From NCBI GenBank assembly GCA_040754655.1, contig JBFMCE010000075.1, positions 1-19,687 of the forward strand: a stretch of DNA of 19,687 bases, given 5' to 3'. The translations under genes and the position numbers were made by a program. Origin of the DNA: Bdellovibrionota bacterium. Lineage in GTDB: Bacteria > Bdellovibrionota > UBA1018 > UBA923. The notes under the pieces were generated by a model, which saw nothing but the letters and a program-made list of their open reading frames with translations, searched no databases and was not told where the DNA came from. Positions 6,527 to 14,805 of this stretch are shown piece by piece; the first letter of the stretch is position 1, and the number at the start of each line of letters is the position of its first letter.

Positions 6527-8782
6527 TTACCGGCTGGCCTGATGCTCAGCCGCACCAAAATACTTGCGCAAGATGCGATCATATCGGCCTTTGAGATTGG
6601 CCGCGATCCTCCTAAGCAAAAAGTATTCATTGTACGGACGATCATCTGTCACGACAATCGCTGGATTGGAATGCATTCGGGTTTCGAGCACCAACTCTTT
6701 GGCAAGCACGCGCTTAAAGATGGCTTCCAAAGTTTCATGCGAATTCCACTCGAGCATGTCTGCTCGAGCAGCTTGCGGTATGCGAGAGATGAGCTGCTCA
6801 AGGGTGGGATCACCAAGAGGTTGTTGCGACGCAATGAAGTGAAAGCCCCAATCGTCCATCGACGAATAGGCGCGGACGTAAGGAAACGAGTTCACCAAAG
6901 ACCGAATGATGGCGTTCAAGGTTTTTTCTTCACCAAATGGAAACCACTGCTGCAAAATCCCGTCAGGTTTTAACCGCGATTTTACAAGCGAGTAAAACTC
7001 TTCCGAGTAAAGCAGGCTCGACGCGGCGGCCTCAACCGGAGGAGGAGGATCAAGTGTGATCACGTCAAACTTCTCTGAAGTGCGCTGAAGAAATCTGCGG
7101 CCATCGTCAACAACGATTTGCCCGCGAGGGTTCGAGGTGACCTTACCTGCGTCTTCATGAAAATAACTGAACATGGTTTTGACGCTCGGAATAAGCTCAA
7201 CGGCTGTTGCTTTGATGTCCCAAGTTAAAAGCGATCTAAAAGTAGTTCCCATCCCAAAACAAATCACAAGCGCCGACTCTGGCTTTCGCTCACGATAAGC
7301 CAAGGGAAAATGCGCCATGAACTTGGTCACCGGAGTAAGCTCAGTGATGCCCACCCCATTCACATAGAGCATCTTTTTTCGGCCAGAACCGTTGGCCACC
7401 ACAGTGGCTGAATGGTCGCGCATCACGCGATGCTCAGGCCCGAACGCCATGAACGCATCTTCATAAGACTTCGCGATACCCAAACAAAGAACAAATCCCA
7501 GAACGCTGGCCACAACAATGGCAAGCCTATGCTTGAGCGACTCTCTGCGACTTGCGATCAAGTAGAGCAAGAAGAAGGGAGAGGTTAAAATTATCATCGA
7601 ACCGAGCACTCCAAAGGCCGGCAGCAAAAAATAAGTCGCAGCCAAGGGCCCCAAGATGCAACCTACGATGTTCAATGCATAAGCGTAACCTGCGCGTTTG
7701 GGCGAGCCCTGTGAGTACTGATCAATGAGCTTGGGCGTAAGATATCCCAATATCGCGCAAAACGGGAAAATGCTGGCAAGCGCTCCGAGGCTGCCAAGAC
7801 CTAAACGAGGATCACTTAAAAGCATTGAACCAAAGCTTGCAAGGCCTGCCAAGCCGATGGAAGTCGAAGTGGAAAGGCCTTTTGAGCCGCGGGCAAGCTC
7901 GCGACGGTAAAGCTGGGATCCTGCCCAAGTCGCCGCAAGATAAGTAAACAACAACCACGCAAAAGAGTAGATCGTGGTTCTCAAAACCGGCGTGAAATTT
8001 CGCGTCCAGATGATCTCAAGGCTCATCGAGGCAAATCCTGTAAGCACGAGAGAAACCAATAAGACCGCGAACGAAGAAGGCGATATTGCGGAAGAAGCGG
8101 GAAGGGCGTCGCTATTGACTGTGGAGCCGAGGATAACGGTTGGAGCGTTCTTCGCTTTTCGAGCAAGTTTAAGCGCTATGAGAGCGATGATGAGATTTCC
8201 TATGGCCGCGATGAACAACGTGTTTCGAAAACCAAGCAGCTCGATGAACAAAACCGCGCTCGACACACTGCCTGCCATCGCGCCGAGAACGTTCGACAAG
8301 TAGAGAAAACTAAAGCTCTTCGTACTGCGCGCACTGTCGTAGCGTTTGATGAACGACATCATGAACGGGAAGGTCGTGCCCATTGCCACGCACCAAGGCA
8401 AAAGTGTAGCCGAAATCAGAAGTGCCGACCAAAAGAGATAGGAAAAGGAATCCATCTCTCCGGTGGACAGCAGCTTTTTAGCGCCAAATGCAAAAAGTGA
8501 GGGAACAAAAAATGCGCCTAATCCGATCAAAAGTTCGGCGCCAACGTAGAAGTGGGCGGCAGTGGAGCGAGTGCGTTCTACCCACCCATCAATGAACTTT
8601 CCCCCAAGCCAAGAGCCCAAACAAAGCCCAAGCATGAAAACAGAAACGACAATCGACATTACCGGTGTAATCACCCCAAAATGGGTGAAGGCAAGCCGCA
8701 TCCAGACGATTTGATAAACAAGCGAGCAAAAACCCGAAAGAAAAAAGACCGTGAAAATGGCGCGTTTATTTTTTTCAAACAT
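6527..8782 (-). CDS. Fused MFS-like membrane domain / spermidine-synthase-like SAM-binding domain protein
   Basis: FFLSGFCSLVYQIVW and its repeat TGFASMSLEIIWTR, many TM helices, then ALVICFGMGTT, AVELIP, DDGRRFL, FDVITLDPPPP and LYSEEFY-x6-LKPDG. ATG 8782 preferred over TTG 8836. Confidence 0.9.
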   Translation of the reverse strand: MFEKNKRAIFTVFFLSGFCSLVYQIVWMRLAFTHFGVITPVMSIVVSVFMLGLCLGSWLGGKFIDGWVERTRSTAAHFYVGAELLIGLGAFFVPSLFAFGAKKLLSTGEMDSFSYLFWSALLISATLLPWCVAMGTTFPFMMSFIKRYDSARSTKSFSFLYLSNVLGAMAGSVSSAVLFIELLGFRNTLFIAAIGNLIIALIALKLARKAKNAPTVILGSTVNSDALPASSAISPSSFAVLLVSLVLTGFASMSLEIIWTRNFTPVLRTTIYSFAWLLFTYLAATWAGSQLYRRELARGSKGLSTSTSIGLAGLASFGSMLLSDPRLGLGSLGALASIFPFCAILGYLTPKLIDQYSQGSPKRAGYAYALNIVGCILGPLAATYFLLPAFGVLGSMIILTSPFFLLYLIASRRESLKHRLAIVVASVLGFVLCLGIAKSYEDAFMAFGPEHRVMRDHSATVVANGSGRKKMLYVNGVGITELTPVTKFMAHFPLAYRERKPESALVICFGMGTTFRSLLTWDIKATAVELIPSVKTMFSYFHEDAGKVTSNPRGQIVVDDGRRFLQRTSEKFDVITLDPPPPVEAAASSLLYSEEFYSLVKSRLKPDGILQQWFPFGEEKTLNAIIRSLVNSFPYVRAYSSMDDWGFHFIASQQPLGDPTLEQLISRIPQAARADMLEWNSHETLEAIFKRVLAKELVLETRMHSNPAIVVTDDRPYNEYFLLRRIAANLKGRYDRILRKYFGAAEHQASR

Positions 8783-8838
8783 GGGGGCGAGCTTCTCAGA
8801 AAATAAGAGATCAGACAACGGGTCAATTAGGGCCAATT

Positions 8839-8919
8839 CCCGTAAACCGGGCCACCGGATCGGTGACGGAGCCCGAAACGGAATCGGGCACCGTTAACTG
8901 CTAACGGCTAACCGATTCC
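8839..8919 (-). repeat. Structured intergenic element with nested and competing hairpins and 3 heptamer repeats
   Basis: Inverted repeats 8880-8887/8912-8919, 8891-8896/8902-8907, 8871-8876/8884-8889, 8853-8857/8861-8865 and 8839-8842/8848-8851. TAACTGC TAACGGC TAACCGA at 8895-8915. Confidence 0.5.
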
Positions 8920-9332
8920 TACTCCCCCATCACCTTAACGATCACCCTTTTTGCCCTTTGACCATCGAACTCAGCGTAATAAATCTGCTGCCAAGTCCCA
9001 AGATCGAGTCGTCCTTTAGTGATCGGAACGATCACCTGATGCCCAATAAGCAAGTTCTTCAAATGAGCATCGGCATTGTCTTCACCTGTCTGATGGTGGC
9101 GATAGTCGGGGCGCGCTGGCGCAAGCTTCTCTAACCACTGTTGAATGTCATGAATGAGACCATCTTCAGCGTCATTGATGTAAACTCCGGCGGTAATATG
9201 CATCGCTGAAACCAAGACCATGCCTTCTTGCACCTGAGAGCGCTCAAGCACATCGGCCACCTCGTCGGTGATATTGACGAACTCCATGCGCTTTCGCGTG
9301 TTGAATGTCTTGTACTCGGTGAATGCTTTCAT
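8919..9332 (-). CDS. yjbQ: YjbQ/UPF0047 family protein (secondary thiamine-phosphate synthase)
   Basis: [13 protein letters not shown]-x2[24 protein letters not shown]. Confidence 0.93.
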   Translation of the reverse strand: MKAFTEYKTFNTRKRMEFVNITDEVADVLERSQVQEGMVLVSAMHITAGVYINDAEDGLIHDIQQWLEKLAPARPDYRHHQTGEDNADAHLKNLLIGHQVIVPITKGRLDLGTWQQIYYAEFDGQRAKRVIVKVMGE

Positions 9333-9350
9333 GTGGATCAGCGCCTCTTA

Positions 9351-10769
9351 CTACCAGTATTTCGACATCGGCACTTCGCCGCCAACGATGATCTCAGGAA
9401 TTCGAATCGTGGGTTGCGCGTCAGTAACAGGCGCGCGTTGCCCGTCTTTTCCGCAAGTCCCGATCGCAAATCCAAGGTCAGTGCCCACCTTGTCTACTTT
9501 CTGCAAGACCTCAGGACCATTGCCAGTCAACGTTGCACCTTTGACCGCGGGTCCGATCTCCCCATTTTGGATCAGATATCCTTCAGTCACGGCAAAAACG
9601 AAATCACCTGAAACAGTGTTGACCTGCCCTCCCCCCATCGACTTCACATAAAGGCCATGCTTGGTAGAGCGCAAAATGGATTCTGGATCGTCTTTGCCCG
9701 AAGCAAGGTAGGTGTTCGTCATGCGTACAATGGGTTTATGGCGATAGCTTTCCCGCCGTCCGTTTCCAGTAAGCGAAAGCCCAAACTTGGTATTGCTCAA
9801 ACGGTCGACCATGTATGATTTGAGTATGCCGTTTTCGACCAGCACGTTGCGTTTTGACGGAGTTCCTTCGTCATCAACAGCGTAACTACCCCGCCTGCCT
9901 GGCATGGTTCCGTCATCAATAATCGTCACAAGCGGACTTGCGACTTTTTGCCCGACCTTATCGCGGTAAACTGAAAGGCCATTGCACGCCAGATCGGCTT
10001 CAAGTCCGTGTCCCACGGCTTCGTGAACCATCGTTCCGCCTGCCTCAGCGGCAAGCACGACTGGCATGGTGCCCGATGGGGCAGGTTTGGCCGAAAGCAA
10101 AAGATCCAGTCTTCGAGCAGCTTCTTCGACGATCTTCTCTGGCGGAATCTCGTCAAAAAGTTCAAGGCCAGTGTATCCCCCTTGAGCCTCATAGGCTGTT
10201 TGCATTTGACCCTCGCGCTCGCCCACGAGGTTCACGTAATACGTGAGGTACTGCTTTTTATCAGTGGCGTGTTGGCCAAGTGAATTTGCGATTTCGATCT
10301 GCCTTAAGGTCTCGATATAGCCCACTGTGGCTTGCTTCAGGTCTTTGCTACAAGACCAGGCAGCCTTGTTCCCTCGCTCAACAAAGCCTAGTTTTTGTTT
10401 CAGGCTGAGCTTCGAAGGATCTTTTTCGATAGTCTGCTCATACCCGGCATGAACCGCCGAAAGAGCAACGTTTGCTTGATTTGAAATTTTCCCAGACACT
10501 ACTTTGCTCAGGGTTTCCGCAAGCTCAAAGAGCCCGGCCTCATTGCGTTCGGTCGTATAGCCATAGACGGATTGATTGCCATAGATGATCCGAAGGCCCA
10601 CGCCGGCATCCTGGCCTGAACTGATGCGATCTAGCTTGTTTGCTTCATAAAAAAGCTGATGCGCCACTGAGTTTTCATAGAACAGCTCCGCGAACTCACC
10701 TCCGTTTTGAAGGGCTTTCTTAAAGATGCGTTCCAGGTTTAAAGAAGAGAGCATTGTGCTTCCTTTCAT
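9351..10769 (-). CDS. tldD: TldD metalloprotease subunit (TldD/PmbA family)
   Basis: GVGLRI, HEAVGHGLEAD metal motif, TGNGRRESY, RMTNT, and GTCGKDGQ carrying the conserved Cys of the catalytic subunit. Confidence 0.93.
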   Translation of the reverse strand: MKGSTMLSSLNLERIFKKALQNGGEFAELFYENSVAHQLFYEANKLDRISSGQDAGVGLRIIYGNQSVYGYTTERNEAGLFELAETLSKVVSGKISNQANVALSAVHAGYEQTIEKDPSKLSLKQKLGFVERGNKAAWSCSKDLKQATVGYIETLRQIEIANSLGQHATDKKQYLTYYVNLVGEREGQMQTAYEAQGGYTGLELFDEIPPEKIVEEAARRLDLLLSAKPAPSGTMPVVLAAEAGGTMVHEAVGHGLEADLACNGLSVYRDKVGQKVASPLVTIIDDGTMPGRRGSYAVDDEGTPSKRNVLVENGILKSYMVDRLSNTKFGLSLTGNGRRESYRHKPIVRMTNTYLASGKDDPESILRSTKHGLYVKSMGGGQVNTVSGDFVFAVTEGYLIQNGEIGPAVKGATLTGNGPEVLQKVDKVGTDLGFAIGTCGKDGQRAPVTDAQPTIRIPEIIVGGEVPMSKYW

Positions 10770-11038
10770 GAGGAGAGTTCGAGAACAGGAAATTTTTTCC
10801 TCAGGCCCTCAAGGACCTGATCCATTTCTTGAGTAAATCCATTCGGAATAAAGAGACTCAAATCGCGATAGTCTTGGCCTGGTTTTTCATCAGGCAATGT
10901 AGAATAACTTACCATGCCTTCAAGAGATTCAAAGATTGCATATACGAAAGCAGAGTCACGAGCAAAAACTCGAATAGTCTTGCGCACTGCACCAGAGCTT
11001 GTTCCTTGAGCATTTTCATCAGTAACTAGACAGTTCAT
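10766..11038 (-). CDS. DUF4911-like small protein
   Basis: DSAFVYAIFESLEGMVSYSTL resembles the DUF4911 core; ATGA overlap with tldD. Confidence 0.7.
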   Translation of the reverse strand: MNCLVTDENAQGTSSGAVRKTIRVFARDSAFVYAIFESLEGMVSYSTLPDEKPGQDYRDLSLFIPNGFTQEMDQVLEGLRKKFPVLELSS

Positions 11039-11098
11039 GCATTTCTATATACACGGGTTTTCAATTGACTCGCAACCCAGGGGATTTATCCTTAAGAT
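11039..11098. promoter_or_regulatory. Compact divergent sigma70-type promoter region
   Basis: Plus strand: TTGACT (11065-11070)-16 bp-TATCCT (11087-11092)-6 nt-ATG. Minus strand: TTGCGA (11075-11070)-18 bp-TATATA (11051-11046)-7 nt-ATG. No SD sequence on either side. Confidence 0.45.
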
Positions 11099-11923
11099 AT
11101 GGCCAAGCCTAACTCTTTGCATTTTTTACTACTTTTTCCTCTGTTTGTCGCGGCGTGCAGCGGCAGAAAAGTAGATCAGAGCTTACCTGCTGAAGAGACC
11201 GATCAACAACGCATTGAAAATCTTACTTCCGCGCTCTCTCGAGCTCAATCACGGATCGAAGAGTTGGATGCGAGGCTTTCCGCTCTCACAGACAAGGTCG
11301 ACGCCAATCGATTAGCGGTCGACAATATCACGGGCAATAAACCTTTGCAGACCCAAGCCGTGGGTTCGGCCAAGGGCTCTGAGAAAGATGCCGAAGAATT
11401 GGCGCCTTCAGCCGCTGATTTCTCGACGCTTGATCCGGCGACGACAGATTTCACGAAAGCCATGAACCTCTTCAAGTCAGGCAAGTACGCAGACTCTGAA
11501 TTGGCATTCAATCATTTCACGGAGCGTTTTCCTGAGCATATCCTAGCAGGATCGGCCCAATTCTATGCTGGCGAAGCCTATTTCATGATGGGAGAATACA
11601 AACTCGCCATCAATGAGTATGGCAAAGTGCTTTCGTCATTTTCTACGAGCCCGCGCGTCGCTTCGGCCATGGTCAGGCTGAGCCACTGCTATGGCGCCTC
11701 GGGAAACAAGGAAGAAGCTGCAAGAACCATGACCCTTGCTCAAGAACTTTATCAAGGCAATCCTTCGCTAGATTGGGTTTCGCCTGCACAAGCTTCTGGC
11801 AGGACGTCGCATGAAAGCGATGCCAAGTCAGCGCTGCAAGCCAGCCCGATCGAACCACCAAAGCAACCACAACATTCTGATGACGCAAAGATTGATGACC
11901 TTGAGGAAGTAGGTACGCACTAG
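11099..11923 (+). CDS. cpoB: CpoB/YbgF-like TPR lipoprotein
   Basis: Lipobox-like VAAC, coiled coil, then TPRs (AMNLFKSGKY...F-x2-F-x3-FPEH-x2-AGSAQFYAGEAYF). Confidence 0.75.
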   Translation: MAKPNSLHFLLLFPLFVAACSGRKVDQSLPAEETDQQRIENLTSALSRAQSRIEELDARLSALTDKVDANRLAVDNITGNKPLQTQAVGSAKGSEKDAEELAPSAADFSTLDPATTDFTKAMNLFKSGKYADSELAFNHFTERFPEHILAGSAQFYAGEAYFMMGEYKLAINEYGKVLSSFSTSPRVASAMVRLSHCYGASGNKEEAARTMTLAQELYQGNPSLDWVSPAQASGRTSHESDAKSALQASPIEPPKQPQHSDDAKIDDLEEVGTH

Positions 11924-12013
11924 GCCTAAGCATTTGCGACTTGAAAGATTGAAGTTCATGCCTCACATGAAGTGGGCTGAACCGAGACTTTTCGGACTAC
12001 GGAGGGACCGAAA

Positions 12014-13765
12014 GTGTGGAAGAAGCTTTTTTACATAGGACTGTGTTGCTGGACGGCCGTCTCTGCTCAAGCTGAAACCGAGGAACAGAGGCTTGTGCGA
12101 CTCTCGCAACGTTTGAAACCCATCAGCCAAGACCAGTGGAATGAAATCGCTGGCCCGCGCCTCCAAGATGCTTATGACATTCAACCTGGAGACAGCCTTT
12201 GGAATGTGAGCAAGCGCCTCTTTGGCAACGCCTACTATTGGCCGAAAGTATGGTCGCTCAACGCTGGCTCGATTGATAACCCTCATGTGATCACGCCGGG
12301 GCAGAAACTGGTATTCACGCCAGGATCTTCCGAAGGAATGCCCCAGCTCTCACCTCAGCCTAACAATCCCATTCAGACCGTTGCAGCGACGACGACCACC
12401 GAACCCGGCGCAACGTCTCGAACACTTCACGAATACGACAAGGTGCCCAAAGACCAATGGTCACCCATAGATGCTTCCAAGCAAGCAGTGGCCCAAAACT
12501 ACGACGACTATGGACTCGATAAAGAACTTCGCATTCGGATCCCTTCACGTTTCGCGTTTCGCGTTCCGGCGATCGCAAACGAATCTACAATACCCTACCT
12601 CGGTGAAATCGCGGGTTCCAGAAGAGAAGGCCAAGGGCTCAGCCAACACGACACGGTTTTCCTGAAATCGAACAGCCAAGATCTTCAAGTGGGGCTTACT
12701 TATAGCATCTTAGGCGAGCCTGAGTTCATTCGTGAACGCAAATCAGACCGTTCAGGCTACATCTATCATTCCGTGGGCGAGTTGAAGGTCATCGGAGTGA
12801 AAGACGAGCTTTACGTCGGCATCATCACGAAAGCCTATGACGTGATCAAACGAGGTGACCGCCTGTACCCATTGTTGCCGCTCATCACCGACGTGAAGCC
12901 GGTGGCCTCAAAACTCGCGCTTGAGGCTTTGGTTCTTTTCAGCAACAGTCACAACACTCGAAACACGGCGCAGTTTAGATTTGCGCACCTTGACCGAGGA
13001 CTGCAAGACGGCGTCGAGATCGGAAACGTGTTTCGGCTCTATGATTACAGGGATCCCATCACCGATGAAAAAATTACTGACAGCGACTTCTTGATCAATG
13101 CAGACGCCATCGTAGTTCACGCGACCTCGGAATTTTCAACCGCCCTTATCTTGCGCTCACGAAACACCTTTACTCGCGGAGACTTCGGCGTTCTTCTCAC
13201 CGATGTTTCAGACCTCGAGCGCAAGATCCTCGACAGCTCGCATGACCTGGGAAACAGCGACAACCGTTCAGCGGAAGACCGCGAACTGGATGAGCTGGAT
13301 CGACTCGATAAAACGACAGGTGAAGGTTTAGGTGAACAAGAACAGCTTGAGATCAAAGAACTTGACCACTGGGATAAAACCAAGGATCTACAGACCGATC
13401 CAAACTCTGAACCGACGCTGGAAGGAGTTCCTGACGTGCCCACCGACGCTCAGCCCGAACCTTTGCCACCGGAAGAGCCGCCGCCAGCTGCCTCTCCAGA
13501 GGAAGAACTGATGGACTCTGGCGAGAACGCTTCCCCGACCGCTCAAGAAGCCGCGCCTTCGCAACAAGCGGAACAACCTACGGCTGAGAGCGCTCCCGCT
13601 TCAGATGCTGAGCTCGACGGTTCAGGTGAAGTTCAGTCGCAGGCGCCTTTAGAAGAACCTGCGGTCACTCTTCCTGAGACGCCTCCGCCTGCGTCGAGCG
13701 CACCGACCGAACCGTCGCTCCCTCAAGAGCTTGAAGAAATCAATCCAGGCCCAATCGAGCCTTGA
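12014..13765 (+). CDS. Secreted LysM peptidoglycan-binding protein with a long acidic Pro-rich tail
   Basis: GGAGG RBS, GTG start, signal peptide ending AQA; LysM YDIQPGDSLWNVSKRLFGNAYYWPKVWSLN-x3-IDNPHVITPGQKL; LDRG-x2-DGV-x2-G; E/P/A/S-rich C-terminus. Confidence 0.88.
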   Translation: MWKKLFYIGLCCWTAVSAQAETEEQRLVRLSQRLKPISQDQWNEIAGPRLQDAYDIQPGDSLWNVSKRLFGNAYYWPKVWSLNAGSIDNPHVITPGQKLVFTPGSSEGMPQLSPQPNNPIQTVAATTTTEPGATSRTLHEYDKVPKDQWSPIDASKQAVAQNYDDYGLDKELRIRIPSRFAFRVPAIANESTIPYLGEIAGSRREGQGLSQHDTVFLKSNSQDLQVGLTYSILGEPEFIRERKSDRSGYIYHSVGELKVIGVKDELYVGIITKAYDVIKRGDRLYPLLPLITDVKPVASKLALEALVLFSNSHNTRNTAQFRFAHLDRGLQDGVEIGNVFRLYDYRDPITDEKITDSDFLINADAIVVHATSEFSTALILRSRNTFTRGDFGVLLTDVSDLERKILDSSHDLGNSDNRSAEDRELDELDRLDKTTGEGLGEQEQLEIKELDHWDKTKDLQTDPNSEPTLEGVPDVPTDAQPEPLPPEEPPPAASPEEELMDSGENASPTAQEAAPSQQAEQPTAESAPASDAELDGSGEVQSQAPLEEPAVTLPETPPPASSAPTEPSLPQELEEINPGPIEP

Positions 13766-13826
13766 AGCATGCGAGGGGTAAAAGTGAGCCTGATAAAGTA
13801 TAAGCCCAAATCGTTCACTTAACCGA

Positions 13827-13843
13827 TGGGCATGATCTTTGCT
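13827..13843 (+). promoter_or_regulatory. Putative sigma54 (-24/-12) promoter for dprA
   Basis: TGGGCATGATCTTTGCT: GG (13829-13830)-N10-GC (13841-13842), with GGCATG and TTGCT. Confidence 0.6.
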
Positions 13844-13859
13844 GACGCTTTCACCGCAT

Positions 13860-14756
13860 ATGGATCATGCCCTTTTTCTTTCCCACTTGCCCTACTGGTA
13901 TTCGCACTGCAAAGCGCTTGACGTGATCAAAGCATTTGCTGCCGCACCCGACAGAAGACAAGTTGAGGATCTGCTGAAATCTTCTGACAGGCTAGATCGT
14001 GAAAAAGTTCAAAAATCGCTCGAGATCGCTTACAAAGAGACTGACGCCACGATCTCTGAGCTCGAAGGATCTCAAATCACCTTCACAAGTTACTGGTCTA
14101 AAGAATATCCCGAACGCCTGCGTTCGATACCGCATCCGCCCTGGGGTCTTTTCTCTATTGGAACTCTTCCAAAACAAGCCGCCACTCTCGCTGTTGTCGG
14201 AACAAGAAAGCCCAACGCCTACGGACGTGAATTGATCGGCAGGCTCTTGCCCGCCATAAATGTTCGGCCTCTCCAAGTCGTAAGCGGGCTTGCTTACGGT
14301 ATTGACGCCCTAGCTCACTTTTATTCCTGCGAAGCCCGGCTCCCAAACTTCGCAGTGCTAGGCACTGGCCTTCAGCACATCTATCCCTCTGAACATTTTG
14401 ACCTTGCCCAACGCATCGTTGATCAAGGCGGAGGATTGATCAGCGAATATCCGCCGTCAACGACTGCGACGCCAGGAAACTTTCCTCGAAGAAACCGAAT
14501 CATCTCAGGCCTTGCCCACGCAGTTTGGATCGTTCAAGGAGGGAAGCGTTCCGGAAGTCTGCACACAGCCAAACATGCGCTAGATCAAAACCGGGAAATT
14601 GGCGCCACTCCCGGTGATATCTTTAGTGAACTCTCGCAAGCCTCGCATTGTCTTCTGTTGGCTGGCGCACAGCCCGTGGTGGGCGCGATGGACCTTGATT
14701 TGATGCTCATACGCAGTTTTGTTGCGACACCCAATTTGACTCATCGCAACAACTGA
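13860..14756 (+). CDS. dprA: DNA-processing protein DprA (Smf)
   Basis: YPERLRSIPHPP, AVVGTR, VVSGLAYGIDALAH, AVLGTG, ISEYP, FPRRNRIISGL, SGSLHTA. ATG 13860 preferred over TTG 13839, which lies inside the sigma54 motif. Confidence 0.95.
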   Translation: MDHALFLSHLPYWYSHCKALDVIKAFAAAPDRRQVEDLLKSSDRLDREKVQKSLEIAYKETDATISELEGSQITFTSYWSKEYPERLRSIPHPPWGLFSIGTLPKQAATLAVVGTRKPNAYGRELIGRLLPAINVRPLQVVSGLAYGIDALAHFYSCEARLPNFAVLGTGLQHIYPSEHFDLAQRIVDQGGGLISEYPPSTTATPGNFPRRNRIISGLAHAVWIVQGGKRSGSLHTAKHALDQNREIGATPGDIFSELSQASHCLLLAGAQPVVGAMDLDLMLIRSFVATPNLTHRNN

Positions 14757-14805
14757 GATACTACCATTCCCTTCACTGAATTGAATCAAAAGGGGAAAGA
14801 TATCA

